DNA from: Bacteroidia bacterium
Lineage (GTDB): Bacteria > Bacteroidota > Bacteroidia > Bacteroidales > GCA-2748055
DNA length: 33,697 nucleotides
Direction: 5' to 3'
Assembly: GCA_030596245.1 (NCBI GenBank)
Contig: JAUVKN010000002.1
Coordinates: 1-33,697, forward strand
Notes under the pieces: model-generated
What the model was told of the DNA's origin: nothing
Seen by the model: the letters and a program-made list of their open reading frames with translations, nothing else
Databases searched by the model: none
Position numbers and translations under genes: made by a program
Shown: positions 24,235 through 33,697 of the stretch, in pieces
Layout: each line of letters begins with the position of its first letter
How positions within the stretch are numbered: position 1 is the first letter of the stretch

Positions 24235-27018
24235 TTAATGAGCTTCAAGCCAGTTTGCTCCTTCTCCCATATCAACAGTTAAGGGCACCTGCAGTTGTAC
24301 AGCATGTTCCATCTTCTCCCTGACGATCTGTTTCACCCTGTGTAATTCATTTGGTTTTACATCGAAATTCAATTCATCATGTACCTGGAGGATCATGACC
24401 GATCTTAATTGCCCCGACTCAAAAGCTTCCTGAATATTCACCATGGCAATCTTAATGACATCAGCTGCTGATCCCTGAATGGGTGAATTGATGGCGTTTC
24501 TTTCCGCATTTCCCCGAACCACCGAATTCCTTGAAAGAATATCTGGAAGATATCTCCTGCGTCCGTACATGGTCTCCACATATCCTCTTTCACGGGCCAT
24601 TTTTATACATTCATCCATATAGGCTCTGATTTGGGGATATGTCTCAAAATAGCCATCAATTAATTGTCGCGCCTCTGATCTTGAAATGTGCATTCTCTGT
24701 GATAATCCAAATGCTGAAATTCCATAAATAATCCCAAAGTTGGCTGTCTTTGCATTGCTTCGCATTTCCCTGGTTACCGATCCCGGATCCACCTTATAGA
24801 TCTTTGCAGCTGTGGTGGTATGAATATCTTCATCATTAACAAAAGCCTTAATCATCTGACTGTCATTGCTGAGATGGGCCATTATTCGAAGCTCTATCTG
24901 AGAATAGTCTGCAGACAGAAAAATATTACCCTCCTCCCCAGGAATAAAGGCCCTTCTTATTTCCCTGCCACGAGCTTCCCTCACAGGAATATTCTGAAGG
25001 TTGGGATTGTTGGAAGACAATCTTCCCGTAGTGACCAGGGCTTGATTAAATGAGGTGTGTATTTTTCCTGTCTCCTCTTTTACAAGCTTTGGAAGTGCTT
25101 CCACATAAGTGGAGAGAAGTTTTCTTAAAGATCTGTATTCCAACACTTTCGCTACTACAGGATGCCTCTCTTTCAATTGAAGCAGCACCTCCTCACCTGT
25201 AGCATATTGTTTTGTTTTGGTTTTCTTCGGATCTGATATAATCTTCAACTTCTCGAACAGAACTTCTCCCAGCTGTTTGGGAGAACTTATATTAAATTCT
25301 GTTTCTGCCAGTTTATAAATTTCCGATTCTGAAACAATTATATCTCTCCTTAGCTCTTCTGCAAATATCTTCAGTGCATCCACATCAAGTTTAACACCCT
25401 GATGCTCCATCTTCATCAACACAGGAACCAGGGGCATCTCTATCTGTTCAGAGAGTTTACTGAATCCTTGTTTAGCCAGTTGTTTTTTCAATATCCATGC
25501 CAGTTGAAAGGTAATATCAGCATCCTCTCCTGCGTACTCTTTAGCCCTTTCCGGATCAACTGATCTGAAAGTTGTTTGTCGTTTCCCCTTCTTTCCGATC
25601 AGCTCTTCTATTTTTACCATGGAATAATCCAGGTATTGTTCAGCCAGTACATTTAAATTGTGTTTTTGATCTGGTTTAAGCAAAAAATGTGCAACCATCG
25701 TATCAAATAACCTGCCTTTAACATCTAAATTATAATTCTTTAAGATGTGCAGATCATATTTCAAATTTTGACCTATCTTCTCAATTTCAGAATCCAGAAA
25801 TGGGGCAGCCAGTTCACTAATCCATGAACGTATTTCCCCGGGGTCATCTTCAAAAGAGACATAGAAAGCTTTGTTCGCTTCCCAACTAAATGCGATCCCT
25901 ACCAATTCTGCCTTCAGTGGATCGAGCCCGGTAGTCTCGGTATCAAAACAAAAAGCATTGAGTCCGGAAAGTTTTTTGGCCAGCACTTTTACCCCACCAA
26001 GGTCGTTGATCAATTCATATTCGTGTTCAACCGATTCTATGGTCTTGAATGTTGTTTCAGCGGCACCACCACCTTCTGTTTCGGGGGATCCAAACAGAGT
26101 GCCCTGATTGACACTTCCTGAAAAAACAGTATTTTGTGAAGTATCTCTCAGGATTCGGTTTGCTAAATTTTTAAATTCCAGCTCTTTAAACAAATCCTTT
26201 AAAGCGACATGGTTCAACTCTTTCCTTGCCAGGTCCGCTGTTGGTTGTTTAACAGGAACTTCCAATGCTATGGTAGCCAGTGCTTTTGATAAAATTACTT
26301 GCTCCCTGGAATTTTCAAGGTTCTCTCTTTGCTTGCCTTTTAGTTGGTCAATATTTTCATACACCCCTTCAACAGACTTAAATTCGCCAATTAGTTTTTT
26401 GGCTGTTTTTTCGCCAATTCCTTTCGCCCCCGGAATGTTATCTGCCGAATCTCCCCACAACGCCAGGATATCAATTACCTGAATGGGGTGTTCCACATGG
26501 AACTTTTCCCTTACTTCTCTGGGGCCCAAAATTTCAGGAGGATTTCCTCCCCTTCCTGGTTTGTACATGAAAATATTGTCGGAAACCAGCTGCGTAAAAT
26601 CCTTATCAGGGGTCATCATGTACACTGTAAATCCCTCTTTTTCAGCGTTTTTGGCCATTGTTCCGATTACATCATCAGCTTCAAACCCGGGTTCCTCGAT
26701 AATCTGAATATTGAATCCTTCGATAAGTTTTTTGATATATGGAACCGACATTTTTATATCCTCAGGAGTAGCCTCCCTATTGGCCTTATATTCTGAATAC
26801 ATCTCATTTCTGAAGGTGGGACCGGGGGGATCAAACACCACTGCGATGTGGCTGGGATCCTCCTTACGCAGTATCTCTTCCAATGCGAGGGTAAATCCAA
26901 AGACAGTGGAGGTTGGCATTCCAGCTGAATTGGTCATTGGATTGGATATGAATGCATAGTACGCCCTGAAAATGAGAGCATAAGCATCCAGGATAAAAAG
27001 TCTTTTTTCCTGATTCAT
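24235..27018 (-). CDS. polA: DNA polymerase I
   Basis: 5'-nuclease N-terminus (LFILDAYALIFRAYYA), 3'-5' exo region (FDTETTGLD), and polymerase motifs A (DYSQIELRI), B (RSNAKTANFGIIYG) and C (LQVHDEL). Confidence 0.97.
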   Translation of the reverse strand: MNQEKRLFILDAYALIFRAYYAFISNPMTNSAGMPTSTVFGFTLALEEILRKEDPSHIAVVFDPPGPTFRNEMYSEYKANREATPEDIKMSVPYIKKLIEGFNIQIIEEPGFEADDVIGTMAKNAEKEGFTVYMMTPDKDFTQLVSDNIFMYKPGRGGNPPEILGPREVREKFHVEHPIQVIDILALWGDSADNIPGAKGIGEKTAKKLIGEFKSVEGVYENIDQLKGKQRENLENSREQVILSKALATIALEVPVKQPTADLARKELNHVALKDLFKELEFKNLANRILRDTSQNTVFSGSVNQGTLFGSPETEGGGAAETTFKTIESVEHEYELINDLGGVKVLAKKLSGLNAFCFDTETTGLDPLKAELVGIAFSWEANKAFYVSFEDDPGEIRSWISELAAPFLDSEIEKIGQNLKYDLHILKNYNLDVKGRLFDTMVAHFLLKPDQKHNLNVLAEQYLDYSMVKIEELIGKKGKRQTTFRSVDPERAKEYAGEDADITFQLAWILKKQLAKQGFSKLSEQIEMPLVPVLMKMEHQGVKLDVDALKIFAEELRRDIIVSESEIYKLAETEFNISSPKQLGEVLFEKLKIISDPKKTKTKQYATGEEVLLQLKERHPVVAKVLEYRSLRKLLSTYVEALPKLVKEETGKIHTSFNQALVTTGRLSSNNPNLQNIPVREARGREIRRAFIPGEEGNIFLSADYSQIELRIMAHLSNDSQMIKAFVNDEDIHTTTAAKIYKVDPGSVTREMRSNAKTANFGIIYGISAFGLSQRMHISRSEARQLIDGYFETYPQIRAYMDECIKMARERGYVETMYGRRRYLPDILSRNSVVRGNAERNAINSPIQGSAADVIKIAMVNIQEAFESGQLRSVMILQVHDELNFDVKPNELHRVKQIVREKMEHAVQLQVPLTVDMGEGANWLEAH

Positions 27019-27024
27019 TGGGTA

Positions 27025-27474
27025 TTATTTGTTGTCGGCGGCGTACCACTCTGCATAGGAAGTGGCCGTTTCAAAAAGTTTAACTGAATGTAACTCTAAT
27101 CCCGGAGTGTGTAATGATTTTATTTTATCAACGATAAACAGGACCAGGTTCTCGCAGGTGGGCTGAAAATCAAACATATGCACTTTTTCATACATTTGCC
27201 GGACCGCGGCAAGGGATTTTCCCTCAGCTTCACTGTATACAACAAGTGAATGATCCAGAAAATCCACTACAGGACCTTTGATCATATGCTTCAGATCCTT
27301 GAAATCCAAAACCATTCCAAACTTTGGATCATTGCTGTCCGTAATAGGTACCCCAATCATTGTTACAAAAAGTCTGTATGAATGCCCATGAATATTCTTA
27401 CACGCTCCATCATAATTCCACAGCGCATGTGCCATTTCAAAATCAAATTCTTTTGTCACCCTGATCCTTCTCAT
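27025..27474 (-). CDS. queD: 6-carboxy-5,6,7,8-tetrahydropterin synthase (QueD / PTPS family)
   Basis: FDFEMAHAL....CKNIHGHSY (Cys plus HxH zinc/catalytic motif), ~149 aa. Confidence 0.88.
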   Translation of the reverse strand: MRRIRVTKEFDFEMAHALWNYDGACKNIHGHSYRLFVTMIGVPITDSNDPKFGMVLDFKDLKHMIKGPVVDFLDHSLVVYSEAEGKSLAAVRQMYEKVHMFDFQPTCENLVLFIVDKIKSLHTPGLELHSVKLFETATSYAEWYAADNK

Positions 27475-27489
27475 TCCTGCTTGATTTTT

Positions 27490-27789
27490 TTAATCACAGA
27501 CACATTCACTGATACACCGTACCAATTTGCTAAGGTTCTTATGTTTCAGATAGTAAAATGTGCTCTTTCCTTTTCTGGTGGAAGCGAGAATTCCCTTATC
27601 TTTTAAGATACCCAGATGGTGAGAGGCAGTTGATTGTTCAATCTTAAGAAGATTGTGTATTTCAGTCACATTCATTTGGTTACCTCTACCCAAATGCCCC
27701 AGGATCGCCAGGCGCATTGGATGCGAAATGGCTTTGATCATTTTTGCAGCCTTGTCAATTTCTTCCGGCTTTAAATCAGAGAATTCCAT
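27490..27789 (-). CDS. ArsR/SmtB-family winged-helix transcriptional regulator
   Basis: ISHPMRLAILGHL....VTEIHNLLKIEQSTASHHLGILKDKGIL. The ORF-track N-terminus (27790..27867) is AT-rich spacer, while the ATG at 27789 (MEFSDLKPEE..) gives a typical 99-aa protein. The C-terminus carries a Cys cluster, CISECVCD. Confidence 0.8.
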   Translation of the reverse strand: MEFSDLKPEEIDKAAKMIKAISHPMRLAILGHLGRGNQMNVTEIHNLLKIEQSTASHHLGILKDKGILASTRKGKSTFYYLKHKNLSKLVRCISECVCD

Positions 27790-27819
27790 GGATATTGTGA
27801 TTAACTTATGGTATACATA

Positions 27820-27838
27820 TTGATCAAATGCAAATATA
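27820..27838 (-). promoter_or_regulatory. Candidate -7 box (TATATTTG) plus adjacent TTGATCAA palindrome upstream of the ArsR-like gene
   Basis: Plus-strand CAAATATA at 27831-27838 equals TAtaTTTG on the minus strand. A perfect 8-bp palindrome TTGATCAA at 27820-27827 lies just downstream of it, near the expected transcription start, which is a plausible autoregulatory operator position. Confidence 0.35.
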
Positions 27839-27910
27839 TTAATATTTAAGATATTTAATTTGTTCATCGTTACAGTGATTGAAATAATGCCTTAATCTGT
27901 TATCTTTTTC

Positions 27911-27918
27911 TACCTTTG
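27911..27918 (+). promoter_or_regulatory. Candidate -7 box (TACCTTTG) for the polyprenyl synthase gene
   Basis: Exact TAnnTTTG match ending 20 nt before the ATG at 27939. Confidence 0.35.
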
Positions 27919-27938
27919 GAAATCCCAATCCCGAGTAG

Positions 27939-28913
27939 ATGAGTAAATTGGAGGAGATAAAGAATCCGGTCCGGCTGGAAATGAAAGAGTTTGATAAACG
28001 ATTCAAAACTGCCATTTCCAGCAATGTTCCATTGGTGAATGTTGTCACCGGATATGTATTGCGCAGAAAAGGAAAGCAAATGCGTCCGCTTTTTGTTTTT
28101 CTATCATCCAAATTAACGGGGAAAATCACCGAATCGACCTATACGGCAGCATCCCTCATCGAACTGATGCATACAGCTACCCTGGTCCATGACGATGTTG
28201 TGGATGAATCCAATGAACGAAGGGGCGTTTTTTCCATCAACGCTATCTGGAAATCAAAGGTTGCTGTGCTGTTGGGAGATTACCTCCTGGCTCAGGGCCT
28301 TCTTCTTGCGGTGGAAAAAAAGGATTACGATCTCCTTGAAATTGTTTCGAATACCTCAAAAGAGATGAGCGAAGGAGAGCTGGTTCAGATCCAGAAATCC
28401 AGAAGCCTGAACATCGATACGGAAACCTATTATGAAGTCATACGGAAAAAAACTGCGAGCCTTATTGCTGCCTGCACAGCCTCCGGGGCCAGTTCATCAG
28501 GCGCAGATCAAGATGTTATTGACCGTGTTTATGAGATGGGGATCAGAATAGGAATGGCCTTCCAAATCAAAGACGATCTGTTTGATTATCAGTCACATGG
28601 ATTAATTGGTAAGCCCACCGGAAATGATATTAAAGAGAAAAAATTTACCCTTCCATTGATTTATGCACTGAACCAGGCCGAAGCCAGTAAGAGGAGGAGC
28701 ATGATCAGGAAAATAAAAAATGGAAACCGGAGTCAGAAGGTGGTAAACGAAGTGGTCCGTTTTGTAAATGAAATGGGAGGAATTTCCTTTGCCGTTGAAA
28801 AGATGCAGGAGTTCAAATCAAGTGCCCTGGAGATTCTTTATACTTTCCCCGATTCTCCTTCAAGAACCTCTCTCAGAGACCTGGTAGAATTCACAGTCTC
28901 CCGCAACAAATAG
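27939..28913 (+). CDS. Polyprenyl diphosphate synthase (trans-IPPS, long-chain type)
   Basis: First and second Asp-rich motifs LVHDDVVDES and FQIKDDLFDY, 324 aa, IspB-like layout. Confidence 0.9.
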   Translation: MSKLEEIKNPVRLEMKEFDKRFKTAISSNVPLVNVVTGYVLRRKGKQMRPLFVFLSSKLTGKITESTYTAASLIELMHTATLVHDDVVDESNERRGVFSINAIWKSKVAVLLGDYLLAQGLLLAVEKKDYDLLEIVSNTSKEMSEGELVQIQKSRSLNIDTETYYEVIRKKTASLIAACTASGASSSGADQDVIDRVYEMGIRIGMAFQIKDDLFDYQSHGLIGKPTGNDIKEKKFTLPLIYALNQAEASKRRSMIRKIKNGNRSQKVVNEVVRFVNEMGGISFAVEKMQEFKSSALEILYTFPDSPSRTSLRDLVEFTVSRNK

Positions 28914-28932
28914 TTGACTCTCCTCGCGGCAA

Positions 28933-30741
28933 TCAGCTGTTTTCCCCTCCAAAATGGTCCGCCAGTATCCTGGCCCTTATAAATCCAATCTCCTGGCTTA
29001 GCTCATCCTGTGAGGCAGACTTTATTCTCTCCAAAGATTTGAATTTCTTAAAGAGCTTTTCAATGGATTTTGCTCCTATTCCGGGAATATCTTCCAATGC
29101 CGATTGCATCATTGTGTTGGACCTCTTTTGTCTATGAAAGGTGATTCCAAACCTATGCGCCTCATTTCTAAGGTTTTGAATAAGTTTAAGCGATTCGGAA
29201 TTCTTATCAATATAGAGGGGAACGGGATCATCCGGGAAATAGATCTCTTCCAGCTTTTTAGCGATTCCTATGATGGCTATCCTGCCACGTAAATCAAGCT
29301 TTATCAGACTTTTAAGTGCTGCATTCAGTTGTCCCTTTCCTCCATCAACAATAATAAGCTGGGGAAGCTCCTTTTTTTCCTCCACCAGCCTTCGGTACCT
29401 CCTGAATACCACCTCCTCCATGGAGGCAAAATCATCAATGCCTGAGACACCTTTAATGTTGTAATGCCTGTACTCTCGTTTTAAAGGTTTACCCTGTTTA
29501 AAGACCACACAGGCAGCCACAGGATCACTACCCTGAATATTACTATTATCAAAGCACTCTATATGAAGCGGGATCTCCTGTAGTCTGAGATCTGCCTGCA
29601 ATGTTTTTAAAATCCGGTCCATTGCGCTAACAGGTTTTCGCGCAGAGGATCTTTTCATTTTCTCAAGCCTGTAGCTTTTTGCATTTCGCTCTGACAATTC
29701 CAGAAGTTTTTTCTTATCTCCACGTTTTGGGACAGTAAGTCGGTTGTTCAGAAAATAGGACTGAAGATCCATCGGCAGGATGATCTCTCTGGAATTGCTT
29801 CCTATTCTGGAACGTAAATCAGTAACCGCAAAAGCCAATATATCCTCATCCGGTTCATTCAGTTTCTTTTTGATCTCCACTGTGTGTGCCTGAATAATGG
29901 CTCCTTTTACCACCTTTAGAAAATTTACAAAAGCTTCCTTCTCATCACTTACAATACTAAATACATCCACATCGTGTATGGTGGGATTCACAATGGTAGA
30001 TTTACTTTGATACCTTGACAGGATCTTAATTTTTTCTTTGAACTGGTTGGCCTCTTCAAATCGAAAAGAGGCAGCACGCTGTGCCATCTCCTTTTTCAGG
30101 AAAACAATTACTTCACTCAAATTTCCCCTGATAATTTCTTTTATCTGTTGAATGTTTTCATCATAATCTGCCTGACTCTGCAAATTTTCACAGGGTCCTT
30201 TGCAATTACCAATGTGATATTCAAGGCACACCTTGAATTTTCCCTGTGAGATATTCTCTTCCGTCAGTGAATACTTACATGTTCTCAATTTATAAATCTG
30301 TCTGATAAGGGTCAACAGAATTTTCACAGCATAAGCAGAGGTATAAGGTCCAAAGTATTGTGAACCGTCATTAATCACAGTTCTTGTCGAAAACACCCTT
30401 GGAATAGCCTCTTTTTTAATACAAATCCAAGGAAAGGTTTTATCATCCTTGAGCATGATGTTGTAACGGGGTTGATGCTTTTTAATCAGGTTGTTTTCCA
30501 GCAATATTGCATCAGATTCGTTGTTAACCACAACATACTTTATGTTGGAGATACGATTTACAAGGACTTTTACTTTATAGGAGTCGTACTTCTTTTTATT
30601 AAAATAAGATGAAACACGTTTCTTCAGGTTCTTTGCTTTCCCGATGTAGATAATTTCACCTTTTTGGTCATAGAATTGATAAACACCCGGTAACCCGGGC
30701 AATGCCCTTACCAAATCCTGCAATTGTGGTTGATCTGTCAT
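28933..30741 (-). CDS. uvrC: Excinuclease ABC subunit C
   Basis: GIY-YIG N-terminus (PGVYQFYDQKGEIIYIGKAKNLKKRV), the Cys-rich/UvrBC region, an endonuclease V-like domain and a C-terminal (HhH)2 (IPGIGAKSIEKL). The start ATG overlaps the ade stop (ATGA). Confidence 0.95.
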   Translation of the reverse strand: MTDQPQLQDLVRALPGLPGVYQFYDQKGEIIYIGKAKNLKKRVSSYFNKKKYDSYKVKVLVNRISNIKYVVVNNESDAILLENNLIKKHQPRYNIMLKDDKTFPWICIKKEAIPRVFSTRTVINDGSQYFGPYTSAYAVKILLTLIRQIYKLRTCKYSLTEENISQGKFKVCLEYHIGNCKGPCENLQSQADYDENIQQIKEIIRGNLSEVIVFLKKEMAQRAASFRFEEANQFKEKIKILSRYQSKSTIVNPTIHDVDVFSIVSDEKEAFVNFLKVVKGAIIQAHTVEIKKKLNEPDEDILAFAVTDLRSRIGSNSREIILPMDLQSYFLNNRLTVPKRGDKKKLLELSERNAKSYRLEKMKRSSARKPVSAMDRILKTLQADLRLQEIPLHIECFDNSNIQGSDPVAACVVFKQGKPLKREYRHYNIKGVSGIDDFASMEEVVFRRYRRLVEEKKELPQLIIVDGGKGQLNAALKSLIKLDLRGRIAIIGIAKKLEEIYFPDDPVPLYIDKNSESLKLIQNLRNEAHRFGITFHRQKRSNTMMQSALEDIPGIGAKSIEKLFKKFKSLERIKSASQDELSQEIGFIRARILADHFGGENS

Positions 30742-32402
30742 GTTGACGTTTCAAACAGCGGGGTAAATGAAAACCTATCCACATCGAACAATCCTCTATC
30801 TCCAATTTTAAGAGAAGGAATAACCAATAGACCCATAAAAGAGAGGGTCATAAATGGAGCATGCAATGAAGACCCCAATTCTCCGGTAATCCGGGTCAAT
30901 TCCATATACTCTTTACCAACTGATTCTACCGATTTAGAGGTCATCAATCCGGCAATGGGCAATGGCAATCCATGTATGCTGTGACCATCATGCACAGCGA
31001 TACCTCCCCTTTTCTTAAAAACCCAATTGATTGATTCGACCATTGCCTCATCGGACGTCCCAACACAAATCACATGATGACTGTCATGGGCAATGCTCGA
31101 AGTGATGGCGCCCTGTTTTATCCCAAAACCCCGAATAAATCCAATGGCTGGTTTCATGGCTGGATCATACCTGTTCACAACTACAATTTTTAGAAGGTCT
31201 GCTTCCGGATTACTTTTTACCTCTTTGACATCTTTCGGTAGCAGAACTTCATGCATTCGCGTTACCAATGATCCATCAATTGCTTCAATCACCTTCATGC
31301 GATCAAATGATTTGACAACCCTCAGATCAGGTGACGAAATTTGCCTTCGGGCAAAAGCATTGACTATTTTTGTTCTTACTGAGGGAATTAGGGTTTTGCC
31401 ATTTGCATATACGGGTATACCTTCAATATAGGTAGAAAGCACATTTAGCTTCTCCAGTGAATCAACAACGATAAAATCTGCCCTGTCATGGGGTCTTAGT
31501 AGTCCAATATTCAACCCATAGTGCCTGCTTGCATTCAAAGAGGCCGCTCTGAGGACGTCAAAACAATCATATCCTGCCGAAATAGCCCTCTTAACAAGCT
31601 CATTTATATGCCCTTTTGTTAATTCATCGGGGTGACTATCGTCTGTACAGAACATCAGGCTTCCAGGGGCAGTTTCCATCAAAGAGATCAGTTCATCGAA
31701 GTTTTTTGCCCCACTTCCCTCCCTTATGAGAATTTTCATGCCAAGATCAATCTTCTCAAGAGCTTCGCTCTTTGATCCGCATTCATGATCTGTAGTGATC
31801 CCTGCCCTAACATATTTTTTCAGATCTTCACCACTCAGTCCGGGCGCATGACCATCCACATTCATGTTTTTTATCTGCGCAACTTTTAGCTTTTTCAAAA
31901 CCATGGAATCCCCACTCACTACACCCGGGAAATTCATCATCTCCGCAAGGAATCCCACACCCTCCATATCCAGCAAATTTTCAATCGCCTTATCATCAAT
32001 TTCAGCACCAGAAGTCTCAAATGGAGTTGCTGGCACACAGCTGGGTGCACCAAATAAAAACTTAAAAGGAGTTTGCTTGCCATTTTTAACCATAAAACGA
32101 ACGCCCTCCACTCCAAGAACATTTCCAATTTCGTGGGGATCCGATACAGCTGCAACAGTTCCATGTTTGACAGCCATCCTTGAAAACTCAACAGGAGTTA
32201 CCATTGAGCTTTCTATATGTACATGAGCATCCACAAAACCGGGAAGGATATAATTTTTCCCAACACCACTACTCTCTTCCAAAGAGGTGATCACTCCGTC
32301 TTCGTAAAAGACCTTTCCATTGAAAATTTTACCATTGATGATGTCGACAATATTTCCATCGACCGATCCGTGCAACATGATTTTTCCTGATTTTTGTTCC
32401 AC
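30738..32402 (-). CDS. ade: Adenine deaminase
   Basis: Amidohydrolase metal motif GFVDAHVHIESSM, ..DGHAPG.. and ..TDDSHP... The longest ORF opens on GTG at 32402. The first ATG is at 32378 (MLHGSVDGNIVDI..), so the start is uncertain by 8 codons. Confidence 0.9.
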   Translation of the reverse strand: MEQKSGKIMLHGSVDGNIVDIINGKIFNGKVFYEDGVITSLEESSGVGKNYILPGFVDAHVHIESSMVTPVEFSRMAVKHGTVAAVSDPHEIGNVLGVEGVRFMVKNGKQTPFKFLFGAPSCVPATPFETSGAEIDDKAIENLLDMEGVGFLAEMMNFPGVVSGDSMVLKKLKVAQIKNMNVDGHAPGLSGEDLKKYVRAGITTDHECGSKSEALEKIDLGMKILIREGSGAKNFDELISLMETAPGSLMFCTDDSHPDELTKGHINELVKRAISAGYDCFDVLRAASLNASRHYGLNIGLLRPHDRADFIVVDSLEKLNVLSTYIEGIPVYANGKTLIPSVRTKIVNAFARRQISSPDLRVVKSFDRMKVIEAIDGSLVTRMHEVLLPKDVKEVKSNPEADLLKIVVVNRYDPAMKPAIGFIRGFGIKQGAITSSIAHDSHHVICVGTSDEAMVESINWVFKKRGGIAVHDGHSIHGLPLPIAGLMTSKSVESVGKEYMELTRITGELGSSLHAPFMTLSFMGLLVIPSLKIGDRGLFDVDRFSFTPLFETST

Positions 32403-32408
32403 GTGGAA

Positions 32409-33697
32409 CTATCTGCCCATATATATTAACAAAACACTTATATCGCTAGGTGACACCCCTGAGATTCTTGAAGCCTGACCAATTGTTCCAGGTCTAATCT
32501 TTGACAGCTTTTGTCTCGCCTCAGTAGAAATACTTTTCAATTTATTGTAATCAAAATTCTCAACCAGCTTTATTTTTTCAAGTCTTTTAATCTTATCTGC
32601 CATCTTTTGCTCCCTGGTAATGTAACCTTCGTATTTGATGGTAATTTCAGATGTCTCAATAATTTCATCTCCCCTATTTCCGCAATCTTCATATATCTTC
32701 TTCAGCAAGTCTATTTCATCTACCAAATCTATTAACCTTACCTGGGGCCTTTTTGCAACCTCAATCAATTTCATCTTTTGCCTTAGTGGAGATGTCCCTG
32801 CCTGTTCCAGAAATCCATTTATCTCATCAGGAGCAACACTATACTCATTCATGAATTTGATTAATTTTCCGGTAAGCTGCTTTTTCTCTTTCAATAAATT
32901 CATTCTCTCCTCATCTGCCAATCCAATTTTTGCACTAAGTTCTGTCAGGCGTTCATCCGCATTATCCTGCCTCAGGAGAATCCTGTATTCAGCCCTGGAG
33001 GTAAACATTCTGTAAGGCTCATCAACACCCTTTGTCACCAGGTCATCTATGAGCACTCCAATATAAGCCTGGTCCCTGCCCAATACAAACTCCTCATCAC
33101 CTCTTATTTTTAAACTTGCATTAATGCCAGCCATCAAACCCAGCGCTCCTGCCTCTTCATAACCTGTAGTGCCATTGACTTGACCTGCAAAATAGAGGTT
33201 TGCCAAATTCTTTGTTTCCAGAGTATGGTACAATTGGGTGGGAGGATAATAGTCATATTCTATGGCATACCCTGGCCTGAAAATTTTCACTTTCTCCAGT
33301 CCTTCAATCTCTAACAACGCATTGTATTGCACCTCCCAGGGTAGAGAAGATGCAAATCCATTGATATAATATTCGACCGTATCCAGTCCCTCCGGTTCAA
33401 GAAATAATTGGTGTTGGTTCTTCTCTGAAAATGTAACAATCTTATCCTCTATGCTTGGACAATATCTTGGACCAATGCTTTCGATTGTTCCATTAAACAA
33501 AGGGCTCTCCCCAAATCCCTTTTCCAATTCAGAATGTACCGTTAGATTGGTATAAGCGATGTAGCAACTTTTATGGCTGGCATAGTCCACTTCATAGTTC
33601 AGATAACTAAACTTACGATTCTCCGTTTCTCCCGGTTGTTCCTGTAATTTCTCAAAATTAATGCTTCTCCCATCAATTCGAGCAGGGGTTCCTGTTT
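32409..33697 (-). CDS. mnmG: tRNA uridine-5-carboxymethylaminomethyl synthesis enzyme MnmG (GidA), 5'-truncated by the window edge
   Basis: The frame stays open from 33590 to the window end (..TGTPARIDGRSINFEKLQEQPGE..DYASHK). Also present are GPRYCPSIEDK, FAGQVNGTTGYEEAGALG and the C-terminal GQASRISGVSPSDISVLL. Confidence 0.95.
   Translation of the reverse strand, partial: TGTPARIDGRSINFEKLQEQPGETENRKFSYLNYEVDYASHKSCYIAYTNLTVHSELEKGFGESPLFNGTIESIGPRYCPSIEDKIVTFSEKNQHQLFLEPEGLDTVEYYINGFASSLPWEVQYNALLEIEGLEKVKIFRPGYAIEYDYYPPTQLYHTLETKNLANLYFAGQVNGTTGYEEAGALGLMAGINASLKIRGDEEFVLGRDQAYIGVLIDDLVTKGVDEPYRMFTSRAEYRILLRQDNADERLTELSAKIGLADEERMNLLKEKKQLTGKLIKFMNEYSVAPDEINGFLEQAGTSPLRQKMKLIEVAKRPQVRLIDLVDEIDLLKKIYEDCGNRGDEIIETSEITIKYEGYITREQKMADKIKRLEKIKLVENFDYNKLKSISTEARQKLSKIRPGTIGQASRISGVSPSDISVLLIYMGR

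Noticed and set aside
27790-27867. 26-codon N-terminal extension of the ArsR-like ORF (MNKLNILNINIF..)
   Set aside because: It is a translation of AT-rich promoter spacer containing the -7 box. The downstream ATG gives a normal-length ArsR protein.

Overview
This is a very densely coded chromosomal segment from a Bacteroidota-type genome. The evidence for that taxon is a T9SS C-terminal sorting domain, TAnnTTTG -7 promoter boxes in front of several genes, and a DUF4271-hemD-rnpA cluster. G+C is roughly 40-43% by hand counts. I can support 24 protein genes (two cut by the window edges) and two tRNAs. The content is mostly housekeeping: mutS, rlmN, comF-like, a sirtuin, dnaG, rnpA, a hemD-like gene, an S41 protease, polA, queD, an ArsR-type regulator, a polyprenyl synthase, uvrC, ade and mnmG. 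There is also a DAACS symporter, a FadL-like and a small beta-barrel outer-membrane protein, and an atypical SDR. The left ~9 kb is more accessory: a partial DUF4143 ATPase, a tRNA-Gly/tRNA-Leu pair, a 1404-aa T9SS-sorted surface protein and an S9 peptidase. I found no CRISPR array, transposase, integrase, toxin-antitoxin pair or recognisable defence or biosynthetic cluster, and I do not see a convincing novel multi-gene system. The observations worth a second look are: (1) a gene-sized GC-rich patch covering the S9 peptidase, whose signal peptide is host-like in composition; (2) a structured ~250-nt tRNA spacer carrying a direct and an inverted copy of the tRNA-Leu 5' end; (3) a tRNA-Gly with C at the near-universal U55; (4) a DnaG in which all four zinc-ribbon ligands are substituted; (5) the duplicated LamG-Ig-Ig architecture of the T9SS protein; (6) convergent gene pairs that meet stop-to-stop with no terminator space. 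All family assignments come from motif recognition by eye, and no searches were run.
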